From a virus (lineage: Duplodnaviria; Caudoviricetes), in the IMG/VR virus record IMGVR_UViG_3300028833_000112, positions 1-64,000 of that record: a stretch of 64,000 bases of DNA, one strand, 5' to 3'. Position 1 is the first letter of the stretch. Each line of letters begins with the position of its first letter. Position numbers and translations under genes: made by a program. The notes below the pieces were generated by a model. It was not told the DNA's origin, did no database searches, and worked only from the letters and a program-made list of their open reading frames with translations. Below are positions 19,901-28,587 of the stretch, one piece after another.

Positions 19901-20175
19901 CCACGGCTTCCGCGTCGACTAAGGGCGGCGTGAAAATCGGCAAGGGCTTGACAATGACGGGCGAAGTTCTTTCGGCGAACGCGGACAATTATACTTTGCC
20001 TGCCGCAACCACTGATTCACTCGGAGGCGTGAAGATTGCCGACGACGCAGAAATTTCTGAGATTATCGAACGATACTTCCCCGCGAGCATTGAGGCGGGC
20101 ACGATTATGGGCGTGCAGTTCGTCGAAGATTCCGACGTCAACACAATGCTCAATAATGTTTTCCCGAACAGTTAA
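16963..20175 (+). CDS. Repeat fibre protein (head-fibre-type repeats) with nine interspersed helical motifs
   Basis: About 19 full ~34-aa repeats (LxxATxxSLGGVKIGxGLSIxxxGxLSA) with a D..I...IE.YFP-type motif after every 2-3 repeats. Confidence 0.85.
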   Translation: MKHYYPYAPNAPTPIYGEEHVIENGQILLNHIPLADSIEIEGFRQTNSAVLVANQFYCAYGSEYYYREANCIVRFNELHNGETVRVKYQQVGTIITANDMNEIKAHLESSDLHSSFVLPAASAETRGGIRVGRGLNVSDDVLSVDEEISAITPATRDSLGGIMVGSRLSITDEGVLSADTIPTATNIRLGGVVVESDANIARTIERYFPASGETLPVHTQAIATRNSLGVVKIGDGLSITEEGLLTADAQDFTLTPASADSLGGVKIGSGLSIDANGVLSADAQDFTLTAATADSLGGVKVGSRLSIDSNGVLSADALQSASTSRLGGVVVESDANIARTIERYFPSVTADSEILPVLSSIPAATRESIGGVIIGNGLSITEDGLLSADAQNFTLTAATAESLGGIKVGNSLTITNGVLNYNLPNASTVTKGGVVYAADNDIANTIERYFPSVTADTEIIPALTSIPVATAESLGGVKIGNGLSITEDGLLSADAQNFTLTPATRDSLGGVKIGARLSIDSLGVLSADTVQTYTLTAATSDSLGGVFVESDENISRTIQKYFPTVSADEIIPVLTSIPVATNESLGGVIIGDGLTISENGILSAEAQTFTLTPATHDSLGGIKVGDGLSITGGGVLTALAQDFTLTAATTSSLGGVKIESDENVATMIENYFPSDWEFVPALTSIPPATHESLGGVIVGDGLSITDGGLLTVDSVAPYTLPAASADSLGGVKIGTSLTFVNSVLDYNLPVASSTTRGGIKIGRGLTMTGEILSADAQDFTLTAATTDSLGGVKIAGDAEIAAMIEEYFPTVSGETIAPLYSIPAATYDSLGGIIPGVTMSIKDGVLDYYLPTASSTQLGGVKIGRGLTITDGLLSADAQDFTLKPATTSQLGGVKIGARLSITADGILSADSVAPYTLPAASDEEISSMIEEHFPESLTPEPFTLPAATRTSLGGIIVGDRLTISNSGVLSANVQSYTLPTASASTKGGVKIGKGLTMTGEVLSANADNYTLPAATTDSLGGVKIADDAEISEIIERYFPASIEAGTIMGVQFVEDSDVNTMLNNVFPNS

Positions 20176-20178
20176 GAG

Positions 20179-20376
20179 GTGATTGGCGTGACGATTTTGA
20201 GCAGAGAACCCGTCAGCGCGGAAGACCAGAAAAAAATCGAAGATATCTTTCGCGAATCGAAATGCCCGCATGAATCGCTGAGCAAAACTTTCGAACGATA
20301 CAGCGGCATGATTGGCAGCGTGATTATCTTCGACAACGTTGAACTCGCTGAACTAAAAGACGACCTGCCCGATTAG
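20179..20376 (+). CDS. Small hypothetical protein
   Basis: 65-aa ORF in operon, followed by a hairpin and T-tract. Confidence 0.5.
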   Translation: MIGVTILSREPVSAEDQKKIEDIFRESKCPHESLSKTFERYSGMIGSVIIFDNVELAELKDDLPD

Positions 20377-20404
20377 GGCTTTTTTATTTGGAAGGGGTGA
20401 TTCA

Positions 20405-20788
20405 ATGCTTTACACACTTACGAGTTCTTTTACGCGCTTGAGTGAAACCACGGGCACGATTCAAAATTCCAGCCAGCACTCGATTGAAGTTTCCAATCAA
20501 GAAGTCTTCGGGACGGGCGTCGTGATTAAGCCGGGAGAAACTTTTTCTTTCAGCAATGCGAATCTCTTTGCGCGCTGTGAAGGGGCTAAAGCTGTCGTCC
20601 GCGTCGTGCCCTTCGTTTTGGGCGCGGGCGGCACGTCCTCAAGTCCAAGCACGCCCGATTACACCGGCGACGTGGAGGACATGTGGAATGATTCGGGCGA
20701 CCCCACTCAAGAAATGTGGGACAACCCGACTGACGAGCCTTATGACGATGAATTTGACAAAGTTATCGATGGCATTTACGGCTTATGA
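20405..20788 (+). CDS. Small structural/decoration protein with acidic C-terminal helices
   Basis: Beta-rich N-domain, then DVEDMW / EFDKVIDGIY motifs. Confidence 0.6.
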   Translation: MLYTLTSSFTRLSETTGTIQNSSQHSIEVSNQEVFGTGVVIKPGETFSFSNANLFARCEGAKAVVRVVPFVLGAGGTSSSPSTPDYTGDVEDMWNDSGDPTQEMWDNPTDEPYDDEFDKVIDGIYGL

Positions 20789-20846
20789 AATGAATTAGCA
20801 CAAAACATTGCCGAGGCTGACACCGATTTTATAGGAGGTGGCGAGT

Positions 20847-21116
20847 ATGGAAGGGGAATTTCTACTCAAATTATTGATGAATGTCGGTGCGCCTGTCGGC
20901 ATTTGTTTTTACACACTTTACGGCGTAAACAACACCTTGAAAGAACAGGATAAAACTTTCAAGGAGCTCACTAAAGTCATGGATATTTTTACCAAAGAAA
21001 TTGAGCGGCGCGATTATGAGCACGCGACCAAGCTTGAGCGGCTCGAAGAAAAAGTGCGCGACCTTACTTTCAAAGTTGATGCTCACTGCCATTCGAACAA
21101 TTCAAGCAAAGATTAA
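20847..21116 (+). CDS. YvrJ-like membrane protein, probable holin
   Basis: LLMNVGAPVGICFYTL hydrophobic segment (YvrJ NVG.P pattern) followed by coiled coil. Confidence 0.6.
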   Translation: MEGEFLLKLLMNVGAPVGICFYTLYGVNNTLKEQDKTFKELTKVMDIFTKEIERRDYEHATKLERLEEKVRDLTFKVDAHCHSNNSSKD

Positions 21117-21197
21117 TTTGATTCATTCTCTCGTTGACTGCAGCAGCGTGGAGTCTGATAGAAGTTGTTAACTTATTTTTTTAGGAGGAATTTTTTT

Positions 21198-22097
21198 ATG
21201 GCTTACAACGCTAACGACATTGCAAAACTCGGTCACCTTGCGTCCCTCGCGAGCAAAACCAAAGCGGCTATCGACGCACTCGACGCCAAGTATGACGGCG
21301 TGCAAGAGAACGTTATCGAAACCGTCAAGGTCAACGGCACTGCTCTGGCTGTCACGGCTAAGACTGTCAACATCGACCTGACCGATTACGCTCTCAAGTC
21401 CGACATCGCCAGCGGCCTCCGCGTCAAAGGTTCCGTCGCTAACTTCGCGGCTCTGCCCGCAGACGCAACTGTCGGCGACATGTACAACGTCACGGCGGCG
21501 GGCGGCACTGACGAAAACGGCGTCGCTATCAAAGCCGGTGATAACGTCGTCAAGACGGAAACGGGCTGGGATAACTTCGGTGGCACTGTTGACCTGAGCA
21601 ATTACGTTCAGAAAGACGGCGCGAAGCAACTCAGCACCGAGGACTTCACCACCGCGCTCAAAACCAAACTCGAAGGCATTGAAGCCGACGCCGACGTCAA
21701 CATTATTGAATCCGTCAAGGTCGACGGCACTGCCCTCACTGTCGACGCCAACAAAGCTGTCAACATCGATTTGAGCGGCAAGGTCGACAAGGTTACGGGC
21801 AAAGGCTTGAGCACCAACGATTACACGACCGCAGAGAAAAATAAACTCGCGGACATCGCTGAAGGCGCGCAAGTCAATGTCATTGAGGCTGTGCAGGTCG
21901 ACGGCACCGCGCTGACTGTCGGTACGGGCAAATCCGTCAACATCGTGCTCAGCGGCAAAGTTGATAAGGTCACGACCGCGACCACCGGCAATATCGTGGT
22001 CTTCGGTGCGGGCGGCGCGCTCGTCGACAGCGGCGTGAAGTTCGCCAGCGATACCGACGTCAACGCCATGCTGGAGGAATATTTCCCCACGGCTTAA
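21198..22097 (+). CDS. Fibre protein with N-terminal HLASLA helix and C-terminal SDTDVNAMLEEYFP motif
   Basis: Three NVIE.VKV(N/D)GTAL.V...VNI.L repeats; GKGLSTNDYT repeats; strongly C-ending codons. Confidence 0.8.
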   Translation: MAYNANDIAKLGHLASLASKTKAAIDALDAKYDGVQENVIETVKVNGTALAVTAKTVNIDLTDYALKSDIASGLRVKGSVANFAALPADATVGDMYNVTAAGGTDENGVAIKAGDNVVKTETGWDNFGGTVDLSNYVQKDGAKQLSTEDFTTALKTKLEGIEADADVNIIESVKVDGTALTVDANKAVNIDLSGKVDKVTGKGLSTNDYTTAEKNKLADIAEGAQVNVIEAVQVDGTALTVGTGKSVNIVLSGKVDKVTTATTGNIVVFGAGGALVDSGVKFASDTDVNAMLEEYFPTA

Positions 22098-22135
22098 TCG
22101 TTGCTTGAAAACTTTTCTATCCATACACTTTGAAG

Positions 22136-22171
22136 GCGGGCGGGCTGATAACTCGTCCGCCGAATTTTTTT
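22136..22171 (+). terminator. Intrinsic terminator-like hairpin
   Basis: GGCGGGCGGG...CTCGTCCGCC then GAATTTTTTT. Confidence 0.65.
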
Positions 22172-22185
22172 AGGAGGAAAAAATT

Positions 22186-23115
22186 ATGTCCGATAATGTT
22201 GTTCTCTCCAAACACTTTGATTCTCTGGCTTCCGCGATTCAGCGTTGCCTCTCGGCAGGGTATGCTCCCACTGCTTACATCCCTGCCGGGCACGAGAGCG
22301 TAATTGATAACGTTGCTTCGACCGTCGATGGCGGCATGTGGTACGAAGTCAACGGCAACATCCCTACTTTGAAAATGCACTACGGCAATCGCGATTATGT
22401 TGTCAATCTCCTTATCAACAACGACGCTTACCTTGTGACCGATTTGAATTTCAGACGCCGCTATGTGATTGACGAGGACACAGGCGAACTTGTTCCGAGC
22501 GGCGGTCAATGCAGTGATTTGTGCGGCGGTACTTGGACGCAATCTTGGAGTGGCGGCGGCATGGATGTTTTCACGGCACCCAACGGCACTCTTTTTTTGG
22601 GCATTGATTTATCGTACAAAGGGTATACATTGACGCAGAATGAGGATTTTAATCTCGGCGGGCAAGACTTCACGATTTCTTTCTGGTATAAACTTGGAGC
22701 CATGGCGAACGGCGAAAGAAAATTCTTTACCATGTACAGCGGTTCAAGCTCTGCCGATTTTGTTATTTACTTCTCCGTCGATTCCACTCGGTCAAGTTTA
22801 CAGCCGGGCGTGAAACTTTTCGGCTCGACCTATTTAAGCGATACCGTAACCACTGCCGTCGAAAACGCTCACTTCGAATTGGATTACGTTCACGAAACAA
22901 ATTCTCTGAAACTTTTCATTAACGGCGAACTGAATTATACAATCTCCCACGCCGTGCCGCTGACAACTTTTAATCCGTTGGTGCTCGGAATCCCGTCCGA
23001 TGATTCGGGCGACAGCACGTCCGGCATTTCCATTGCCGAATTTAAAATTTATAACGGCATTGCACTTCACGCGGATAATTTCACGCCGACTTATACTGCA
23101 TTGAGCGCAAGCTGA
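22186..23115 (+). CDS. Adhesin with C-terminal LamG/concanavalin-A-like domain
   Basis: KHFDSLA N-helix; VDGGMWYE module; LGGQDFTISFW...LKLFING...IAEFKIYNG...NFTP. Confidence 0.8.
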   Translation: MSDNVVLSKHFDSLASAIQRCLSAGYAPTAYIPAGHESVIDNVASTVDGGMWYEVNGNIPTLKMHYGNRDYVVNLLINNDAYLVTDLNFRRRYVIDEDTGELVPSGGQCSDLCGGTWTQSWSGGGMDVFTAPNGTLFLGIDLSYKGYTLTQNEDFNLGGQDFTISFWYKLGAMANGERKFFTMYSGSSSADFVIYFSVDSTRSSLQPGVKLFGSTYLSDTVTTAVENAHFELDYVHETNSLKLFINGELNYTISHAVPLTTFNPLVLGIPSDDSGDSTSGISIAEFKIYNGIALHADNFTPTYTALSAS

Positions 23116-23130
23116 TGAGGAGGCGAGACC

Positions 23131-24087
23131 ATGACTAACGGCACGCATGCAGCACAAAGCAAGCACCTTGATTCACTCGCCGCCGCCGCCAAGCGTTATG
23201 TCCTCTCTGAGATTTTGGACGTGACCACTGCCGTTTCAGCCGAACTCGACAGCATTGCCGACGTTGAATTCATCGAAGGCACGCAGACCGCTTCCACCGG
23301 CGCATGGACGGGCGTCACCAAAGACAGCGCGCTTTACAAAGGCAAAGTCATTATCTACAAACTTCCTTACGCGGGGTCGGGCAACGCGACGCTCAACTTA
23401 ACTCTCGCGGGCGGAACCAAGACCGGCGCGAAAGCTGTTTACCGCTACGGCTCCACGCGCCTTTCCACTCAATACGCCGCAAATTATTACATTCCGCTCA
23501 TTTACAACGGCACTTACTGGTTTGCGCTCGCCGATTACGATGTCAACTACTACGACCGAATCCGCGTCGCCAATGCCATTGCCACTGCTTCGGGCGCGGT
23601 TCAAGCTGTGTGCTTCGTCGGCTCAACCGACGGCACGAACTATAAGCAACTCTCCGCGGGCGCGACCTTCGACGTAACTTATCCCGTCTACTACAACGCC
23701 ACCGCCGTTGCCGACGACGCTGCCATGTCCACGGGCTTGTACTTCGCTATCGGCTCGGTGAATCTTCAAACCGCTATCGGTGACACGACCCGAACTTTCA
23801 CCGCTCAATGTCCCGTCTACCTGAAAGGAACTTTGTCCGGCTCAACCTTCACCGTGCACAGCGATATCCTCACGACCACCGCGCCCACGACCGCCGACGG
23901 CTTCACTTACCTCCGCGTCGGCTTTACTTACGACACCTACCGAGCTTACATTATGCTTTTTGATAATAAATTTTTCGCTTACGTGAACGGCGCGTTCCAA
24001 GAAATTTCGACCGCCATTCCCTTCGTCAGCGATTCCGACGTCAACGTCATGCTCGCGAGTGTTTTCGGCTCCGAGTTTGTTTCTTAA
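23131..24087 (+). CDS. Adhesin/fibre protein with N-terminal KHLDSLA helix and C-terminal SDSDVNVML motif
   Basis: GTQTASTGAWTG...ATLNL...GAKAVY...LIYNGTYW fibre domain. Confidence 0.75.
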   Translation: MTNGTHAAQSKHLDSLAAAAKRYVLSEILDVTTAVSAELDSIADVEFIEGTQTASTGAWTGVTKDSALYKGKVIIYKLPYAGSGNATLNLTLAGGTKTGAKAVYRYGSTRLSTQYAANYYIPLIYNGTYWFALADYDVNYYDRIRVANAIATASGAVQAVCFVGSTDGTNYKQLSAGATFDVTYPVYYNATAVADDAAMSTGLYFAIGSVNLQTAIGDTTRTFTAQCPVYLKGTLSGSTFTVHSDILTTTAPTTADGFTYLRVGFTYDTYRAYIMLFDNKFFAYVNGAFQEISTAIPFVSDSDVNVMLASVFGSEFVS

Positions 24088-24102
24088 CCGAGGAGGGATT
24101 TT

Positions 24103-25473
24103 ATGAACAACGGATTTAATCCCGTCCGCGCCAAACACCTTGAATCAACCGCGAACGTTGCCAAAAGTTTTCTTGCGGCTCAAATTTCGAGCGTGACCGC
24201 TGCCGTGTCCTCCGAACTGGTTAACTTGGACGGCATGACTCTTGATACCGTTCAGCCTGCCGTCAACGGCGCGCTTTGGTATCAGCTCGTCGACGGCGAA
24301 CCGCAACTGCGTATCCATTACGGCGACCACGATTATTCACTCGATAACAGCCCCGGCTTAACCGTCACGCTCAACACCGGCTCAGAAATTTCCTACGGCA
24401 CGCCTGCCACTGCCACGGTTACTTATCGCGGCTCAGGTGTGCTTACCGTTTCGGCGAGTGATTCCAATGTCACGCCCGCTTACTCCGACGGCACGATTAC
24501 AATTCCTTGGGCGGCTGTCACAGGCTCGATTACAATCACTGTCAGTCTTGCCTCCGATGGTACTTACATTGCCGAAGAAAAATCTTTCACCGTCTCCATG
24601 CTCCAAAATAATCCTGAACTGACCGTCACTCCCGCGGCGACCACATTGAATCTTGCGGGCACCACCGCTTCAGTCACGCGCAACGGTTCAGGCGCGATTA
24701 CGGTTTCATCCGATAACGCGGCTGTCACACCCACTGTCAGCGACACGACGATTACGATTCCCTACGCCGTCTTTGATGAGGACACCGACGTTACTTTCTC
24801 CGTGAGTGTTTCGGCTGATTCGGGCTACGCGCCTGACACGAAAACTTTCACCGTCACTTACGTCAGCCCGTGCGTGGTCAACATGCCGTTCACTTCTTCC
24901 GTTACCGAAGATTTGGCGGGTGGCACGTGGACTGCTTCCGGCTCGCCGTCAATTTCAGACAAACAACTTTATTTGAACGGCTCAAGCTATCTGTCCAAGA
25001 GCGGCGGCATTACTCTCGGTGGGAAAGATTTTACTGTTTCTTATTACGTGTTGGGCAATTCGTCATCAAGCACAATCGGGATTTTCTCTTTTACCGCCTC
25101 CGAATCATCCGCTGGTACATATAGGATTTTTTGCTACTTGTGGCACCCCGGCGTAAGCGGAATACACACAGGAATTTGCCTTAATTCAAATACTTACACG
25201 AATGTCGTAGGTAATTTTGGAGGCGCGTTACATCACATTGCTCATGTCTACGAACATAGTAAGTCTACATTTAAAATTTATATCGACGGTGTTTTGAAAA
25301 GCACTCAATCCAACATCTCGCTTTCGCGAACTACTTATCCTTATGCCCGTATCGGTACCTCGCCCAGTTTAAGCGAGGGTAAACTTCAAGGTTACATTGA
25401 CGATTTCAAAGTTTATGACGGGGTGGCGTTGCACACGGCGAATTTCACGCCGCCCGCTCGTTCTTCAACTTAA
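24103..25473 (+). CDS. Adhesin: two Ig-like beta repeats plus LamG domain
   Basis: KHLESTA N-helix; VNGALWYQ module; LGGKDFT...HHIAHVY...IYIDG...GYIDDFKVY. Confidence 0.8.
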   Translation: MNNGFNPVRAKHLESTANVAKSFLAAQISSVTAAVSSELVNLDGMTLDTVQPAVNGALWYQLVDGEPQLRIHYGDHDYSLDNSPGLTVTLNTGSEISYGTPATATVTYRGSGVLTVSASDSNVTPAYSDGTITIPWAAVTGSITITVSLASDGTYIAEEKSFTVSMLQNNPELTVTPAATTLNLAGTTASVTRNGSGAITVSSDNAAVTPTVSDTTITIPYAVFDEDTDVTFSVSVSADSGYAPDTKTFTVTYVSPCVVNMPFTSSVTEDLAGGTWTASGSPSISDKQLYLNGSSYLSKSGGITLGGKDFTVSYYVLGNSSSSTIGIFSFTASESSAGTYRIFCYLWHPGVSGIHTGICLNSNTYTNVVGNFGGALHHIAHVYEHSKSTFKIYIDGVLKSTQSNISLSRTTYPYARIGTSPSLSEGKLQGYIDDFKVYDGVALHTANFTPPARSST

Positions 25474-25485
25474 GGAGGCGATTTT

Positions 25486-26934
25486 ATGACTAATGGAAAC
25501 AACGCGGCGCAAGGCAAGCACCTTGAATCACTTGCCACCGCGACCAAACGATACATCCTCGCGCAAATCCTCGACGTGACCGACGCCGTCAGCTCCGAAC
25601 TCGAAAATGCTTCGGGCTCAGGCGTGCTCGACACAGTCCCCGCCACAGTCAACGGCGGCATGTGGTATGAACTTAACAGCGGCGTCCCTCGATACGTCAA
25701 GCTCAAGCACGGCGACCACACGCTCAGCTTAACGCCGTCAATCGTCAGCATTTCTCCGAACTTGACCGTCACGCCCGCGGCGACACTCGTCCCCGGCAAC
25801 GGCTCGATTACCGCGACCGTCTCTTACTTGGGCACAGGCACGATTACCGTCAGCGGCTCCGATGGCGTTACCCCGACTTACAACGCCTCGACCAAAGTCG
25901 TCACCGTGCCTTACAACGTCAACACGCACACCGCGACGATTACCGTGTCACTCGGCGCAAGCTACGGCTACCTCGCCGAAACCGCGACCTTCAATGTCAC
26001 CATGGATAACGTGAGCCCCAATTTGACTGTCACACATTTAAACTATGGTGAGACGCCTGAATATCCCGGTCATTATTCTGTCTCGTATTTAGGGGACGGA
26101 ACGATTTCAGTTGCCACGGATAATGAAAATATCCAGCCGACTTACGATTCTTCCACAAAGATTATCACTACGCCTTTTTATTATCCCGGTGATGCTTACA
26201 ACGTTGAGTTTAACATTATTGTGACTGTATCACCAAGCGGCAATTACTCAGGGCAAACGGTTACGCATAAAACATCACAGGGCTGCGGTACGGCTGCGCG
26301 TATTTGGAATGTGGGTAGAATTACAGACTCAGTCTTTTACCCGCCCGCTGACCATAATACCGTAAATTACGGTTGGCAAACGTACACAGGCACTCCTTCT
26401 TTTACATCGCGCGGTACTGTTGTTTTCGACGGGGAAACTATTTTGTACAAACCGGATTTCCCCCTTGGCGGGCAAGATTTTGTTCTGAAGTTCTGGGCAA
26501 AATATGAATATGACGTCACGGAACGTACGCGTGCAAAAAGTTTTTATTGGAACGGGCTTGAAATCAGCAACAACTATAACATGTTTCAGTTTCAATACGG
26601 AAGTAAATCGCGCTCCCTTGGTTCCCCGAACGGCATAACTAATTATGAGTACGGCGAATGGATTTATCATTGCGCAATTTATCTCCACGCGGAGCAAACT
26701 CTTACACTTTATATTAACGGTAAACAAGGCATGCAACTTACCGATGTATCAATCCCGCGTACTTCCGCTACACTGTATCTCGGCGGGTATGACCTTAACT
26801 ATGACCATTATCGGTTTAAAGGCAGTATCGATGACTTAAAATTGGTGGAAGCTCCCCGTGCTTGGTGGGAATTGGAAGGCTTCGACCAGTACATTGATGG
26901 CTATTACTATACAAACACCAAACCAACTGATTAA
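25486..26934 (+). CDS. Adhesin: two Ig-like beta repeats plus LamG domain
   Basis: KHLESLA N-helix; VNGGMWYE module; LGGQDF...W...LYING...FKGSIDDLK. Confidence 0.8.
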   Translation: MTNGNNAAQGKHLESLATATKRYILAQILDVTDAVSSELENASGSGVLDTVPATVNGGMWYELNSGVPRYVKLKHGDHTLSLTPSIVSISPNLTVTPAATLVPGNGSITATVSYLGTGTITVSGSDGVTPTYNASTKVVTVPYNVNTHTATITVSLGASYGYLAETATFNVTMDNVSPNLTVTHLNYGETPEYPGHYSVSYLGDGTISVATDNENIQPTYDSSTKIITTPFYYPGDAYNVEFNIIVTVSPSGNYSGQTVTHKTSQGCGTAARIWNVGRITDSVFYPPADHNTVNYGWQTYTGTPSFTSRGTVVFDGETILYKPDFPLGGQDFVLKFWAKYEYDVTERTRAKSFYWNGLEISNNYNMFQFQYGSKSRSLGSPNGITNYEYGEWIYHCAIYLHAEQTLTLYINGKQGMQLTDVSIPRTSATLYLGGYDLNYDHYRFKGSIDDLKLVEAPRAWWELEGFDQYIDGYYYTNTKPTD

Positions 26935-26959
26935 TATGGCTTACTGAAAGGAGATTTTC

Positions 26960-27529
26960 ATGAAAGGGATTGACGTTTCAGTTTTCAACGAGAATGTCGA
27001 CTGGCAAGCTCTGAAGGACGCGGGCATTGACTTCGCCATCTGCAGGACGGGCTTCGGCAAGAGCGGGCTCGACGAAAACTTCCAACACAACGTCGAGGAG
27101 GCTCACAAGGCGGGACTCATTTGCGGGGCGTATCACTATTCCTACGCGTTGACGCCCTCTGACGCCATTACCGAAGCTCTTTTCTGCAAGCGCATTATCG
27201 CCGAAGCCGGGGTTTTGCTCGAACTGCCCGTGTTCTTCGATATGGAGGACGCAGACGGTTACAAATCTCGCCACGGATTTTCTTTCACTCGACGCAATGT
27301 GACTAACATCTGCCGCGCGTTCATCGATTCAATTAAGCCGCTCGACTGTGGAGTTTATGCCTCTTGCTCGTGGCTGGAAGATTGGATTGACTGGCAATCG
27401 CTTGGTTGCCCCGTGTGGAATGCAGCATGGAGCGGGCATGATGACATCAAAGGATTCTGTTGGCAGTTCACGGACGAAATGCTTATCGGCGGCAAAAAGT
27501 TCGACGGAAATATTTTGTACGGGAGATAA
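26960..27529 (+). CDS. Endolysin, glycoside hydrolase family 25 (catalytic domain only)
   Basis: MKGIDVS...GAYHYS...PVFFDME...GVYA...W.A.W...WQFT. Confidence 0.92.
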   Translation: MKGIDVSVFNENVDWQALKDAGIDFAICRTGFGKSGLDENFQHNVEEAHKAGLICGAYHYSYALTPSDAITEALFCKRIIAEAGVLLELPVFFDMEDADGYKSRHGFSFTRRNVTNICRAFIDSIKPLDCGVYASCSWLEDWIDWQSLGCPVWNAAWSGHDDIKGFCWQFTDEMLIGGKKFDGNILYGR

Positions 27530-27532
27530 ATC

Positions 27533-27775
27533 ATGCAAAGGCTTCATGCAGTCGGACGGACGATTGACGGCAAAGTTTTGTGTTACGACCTCACGCCCGC
27601 CATCGAACGGTTCTTCGCGATTAAAGGCGTTGCTCCTCACTCGATTAAATTTTCTGTGGAGGAGCATGACGACACCAATTTCAAAAATTGCGAGGACGAA
27701 CTCAAAGATTTTCTTCGCGAACGTTGGGAACGTTTCAAAAAAACAAAAGCGACCGCCACCATGTATGGAGGATGA
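27533..27775 (+). CDS. Hypothetical protein
   Basis: 80-aa ORF directly after endolysin. Confidence 0.55.
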   Translation: MQRLHAVGRTIDGKVLCYDLTPAIERFFAIKGVAPHSIKFSVEEHDDTNFKNCEDELKDFLRERWERFKKTKATATMYGG

Positions 27776-27978
27776 TCATGCGCAAGGTACAACTTTACGG
27801 GGAAACAACCATCGGACGCGGGGTCGTCATTGAATTGACGCCCGTCATTAAAAAGCTCTGTAAACAAAGAAATGTCGAGTTCACCCACCTTAGAATTCTT
27901 GCCGGCTACGACAAGGAAGGCGACGAAATTTTTTGGGTGCATAACCTTTGCGACGTTGGTACTGACAAAAAAGAATAA
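27772..27978 (+). CDS. Hypothetical protein (weak YopX-like GYDKEGDEI motif)
   Basis: GGAGG RBS; overlaps previous stop. Confidence 0.5.
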   Translation: MIMRKVQLYGETTIGRGVVIELTPVIKKLCKQRNVEFTHLRILAGYDKEGDEIFWVHNLCDVGTDKKE

Positions 27979-27990
27979 ACAAAAATTTAA

Positions 27991-28020
27991 AGGCAGTCCA
28001 ATACGGGCTGCCATTTTTTT
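27991..28020 (+). terminator. Intrinsic terminator (end of late operon)
   Basis: GGCAGTCC-AATAC-GGGCTGCC-ATTTTTTT. Confidence 0.8.
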
Positions 28021-28054
28021 GTGTGAAGATTGAAGTCATGAGGAGGTTACTTGA

Positions 28055-28282
28055 ATGGCTGTGAAAAAATTTAAGTTCCGTTGGTTCGATAAAGCGGGCA
28101 ATCCTATTTGCGAAACATTTACTCTTCCCGACAACGTAGCTATGTTAATCGGAACTGATTGCGATGGGCGCGAAGTTTACGAGGGCGATAAGGTCATGGG
28201 AAAGGACGGCAAGATTGGCTCGGCGAAACTCGAAGCGCAAGAATTTATCGGCGGGTTCAAGCTCGTGGAGGTCGTGGCATGA
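28055..28282 (+). CDS. Mini YopX-like protein
   Basis: KFKFRW...IGTDCDGREVYEGD. Confidence 0.7.
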   Translation: MAVKKFKFRWFDKAGNPICETFTLPDNVAMLIGTDCDGREVYEGDKVMGKDGKIGSAKLEAQEFIGGFKLVEVVA

Positions 28283-28587
28283 AAGAGTATAAATTTCGCT
28301 GGCGTGCTGCCGACGGCTCGATTCTCTATCGAACGATTGAGTTGCCCGATGACGCCGCAATTTTTATCGGCACAGATACGGCATGGAAGGACGTTTACGA
28401 GGGCGATTGTATCAGCGTGCCTGATTGTTTTTGGCGCGCTACAGCTACACTCGGCGTTCGCGGGCGCAAGTTTCGCCTGAAAGAATCTGCATTCACTTGG
28501 CAGAAGACTAATCCGAAATATTTCTTCGGCAGCTTTGTTAAGCCTGAGCCGCCGCCTAAGATGTGGAGTGGGTATCATGAAAATTAG
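28279..28587 (+). CDS. Mini YopX-like protein
   Basis: MKEYKFRW...IGTDTAWKDVYEGD. Confidence 0.7.
   Translation: MKEYKFRWRAADGSILYRTIELPDDAAIFIGTDTAWKDVYEGDCISVPDCFWRATATLGVRGRKFRLKESAFTWQKTNPKYFFGSFVKPEPPPKMWSGYHEN

Noticed and set aside
21168-22124. 318-aa minus-strand ORF
   Set aside because: Antisense shadow of the fibre gene at 21198
21150-22130. Second long-range inverted repeat around the 21198 gene (GATAGAA/TTCTATC)
   Set aside because: Only ~7+4 interrupted base pairs; could be chance
16963-26934. Diversity-generating retroelement or shufflon acting on adhesins
   Set aside because: No reverse transcriptase, no near-identical pair differing only at adenines, no inverted cassettes or invertase seen in the window
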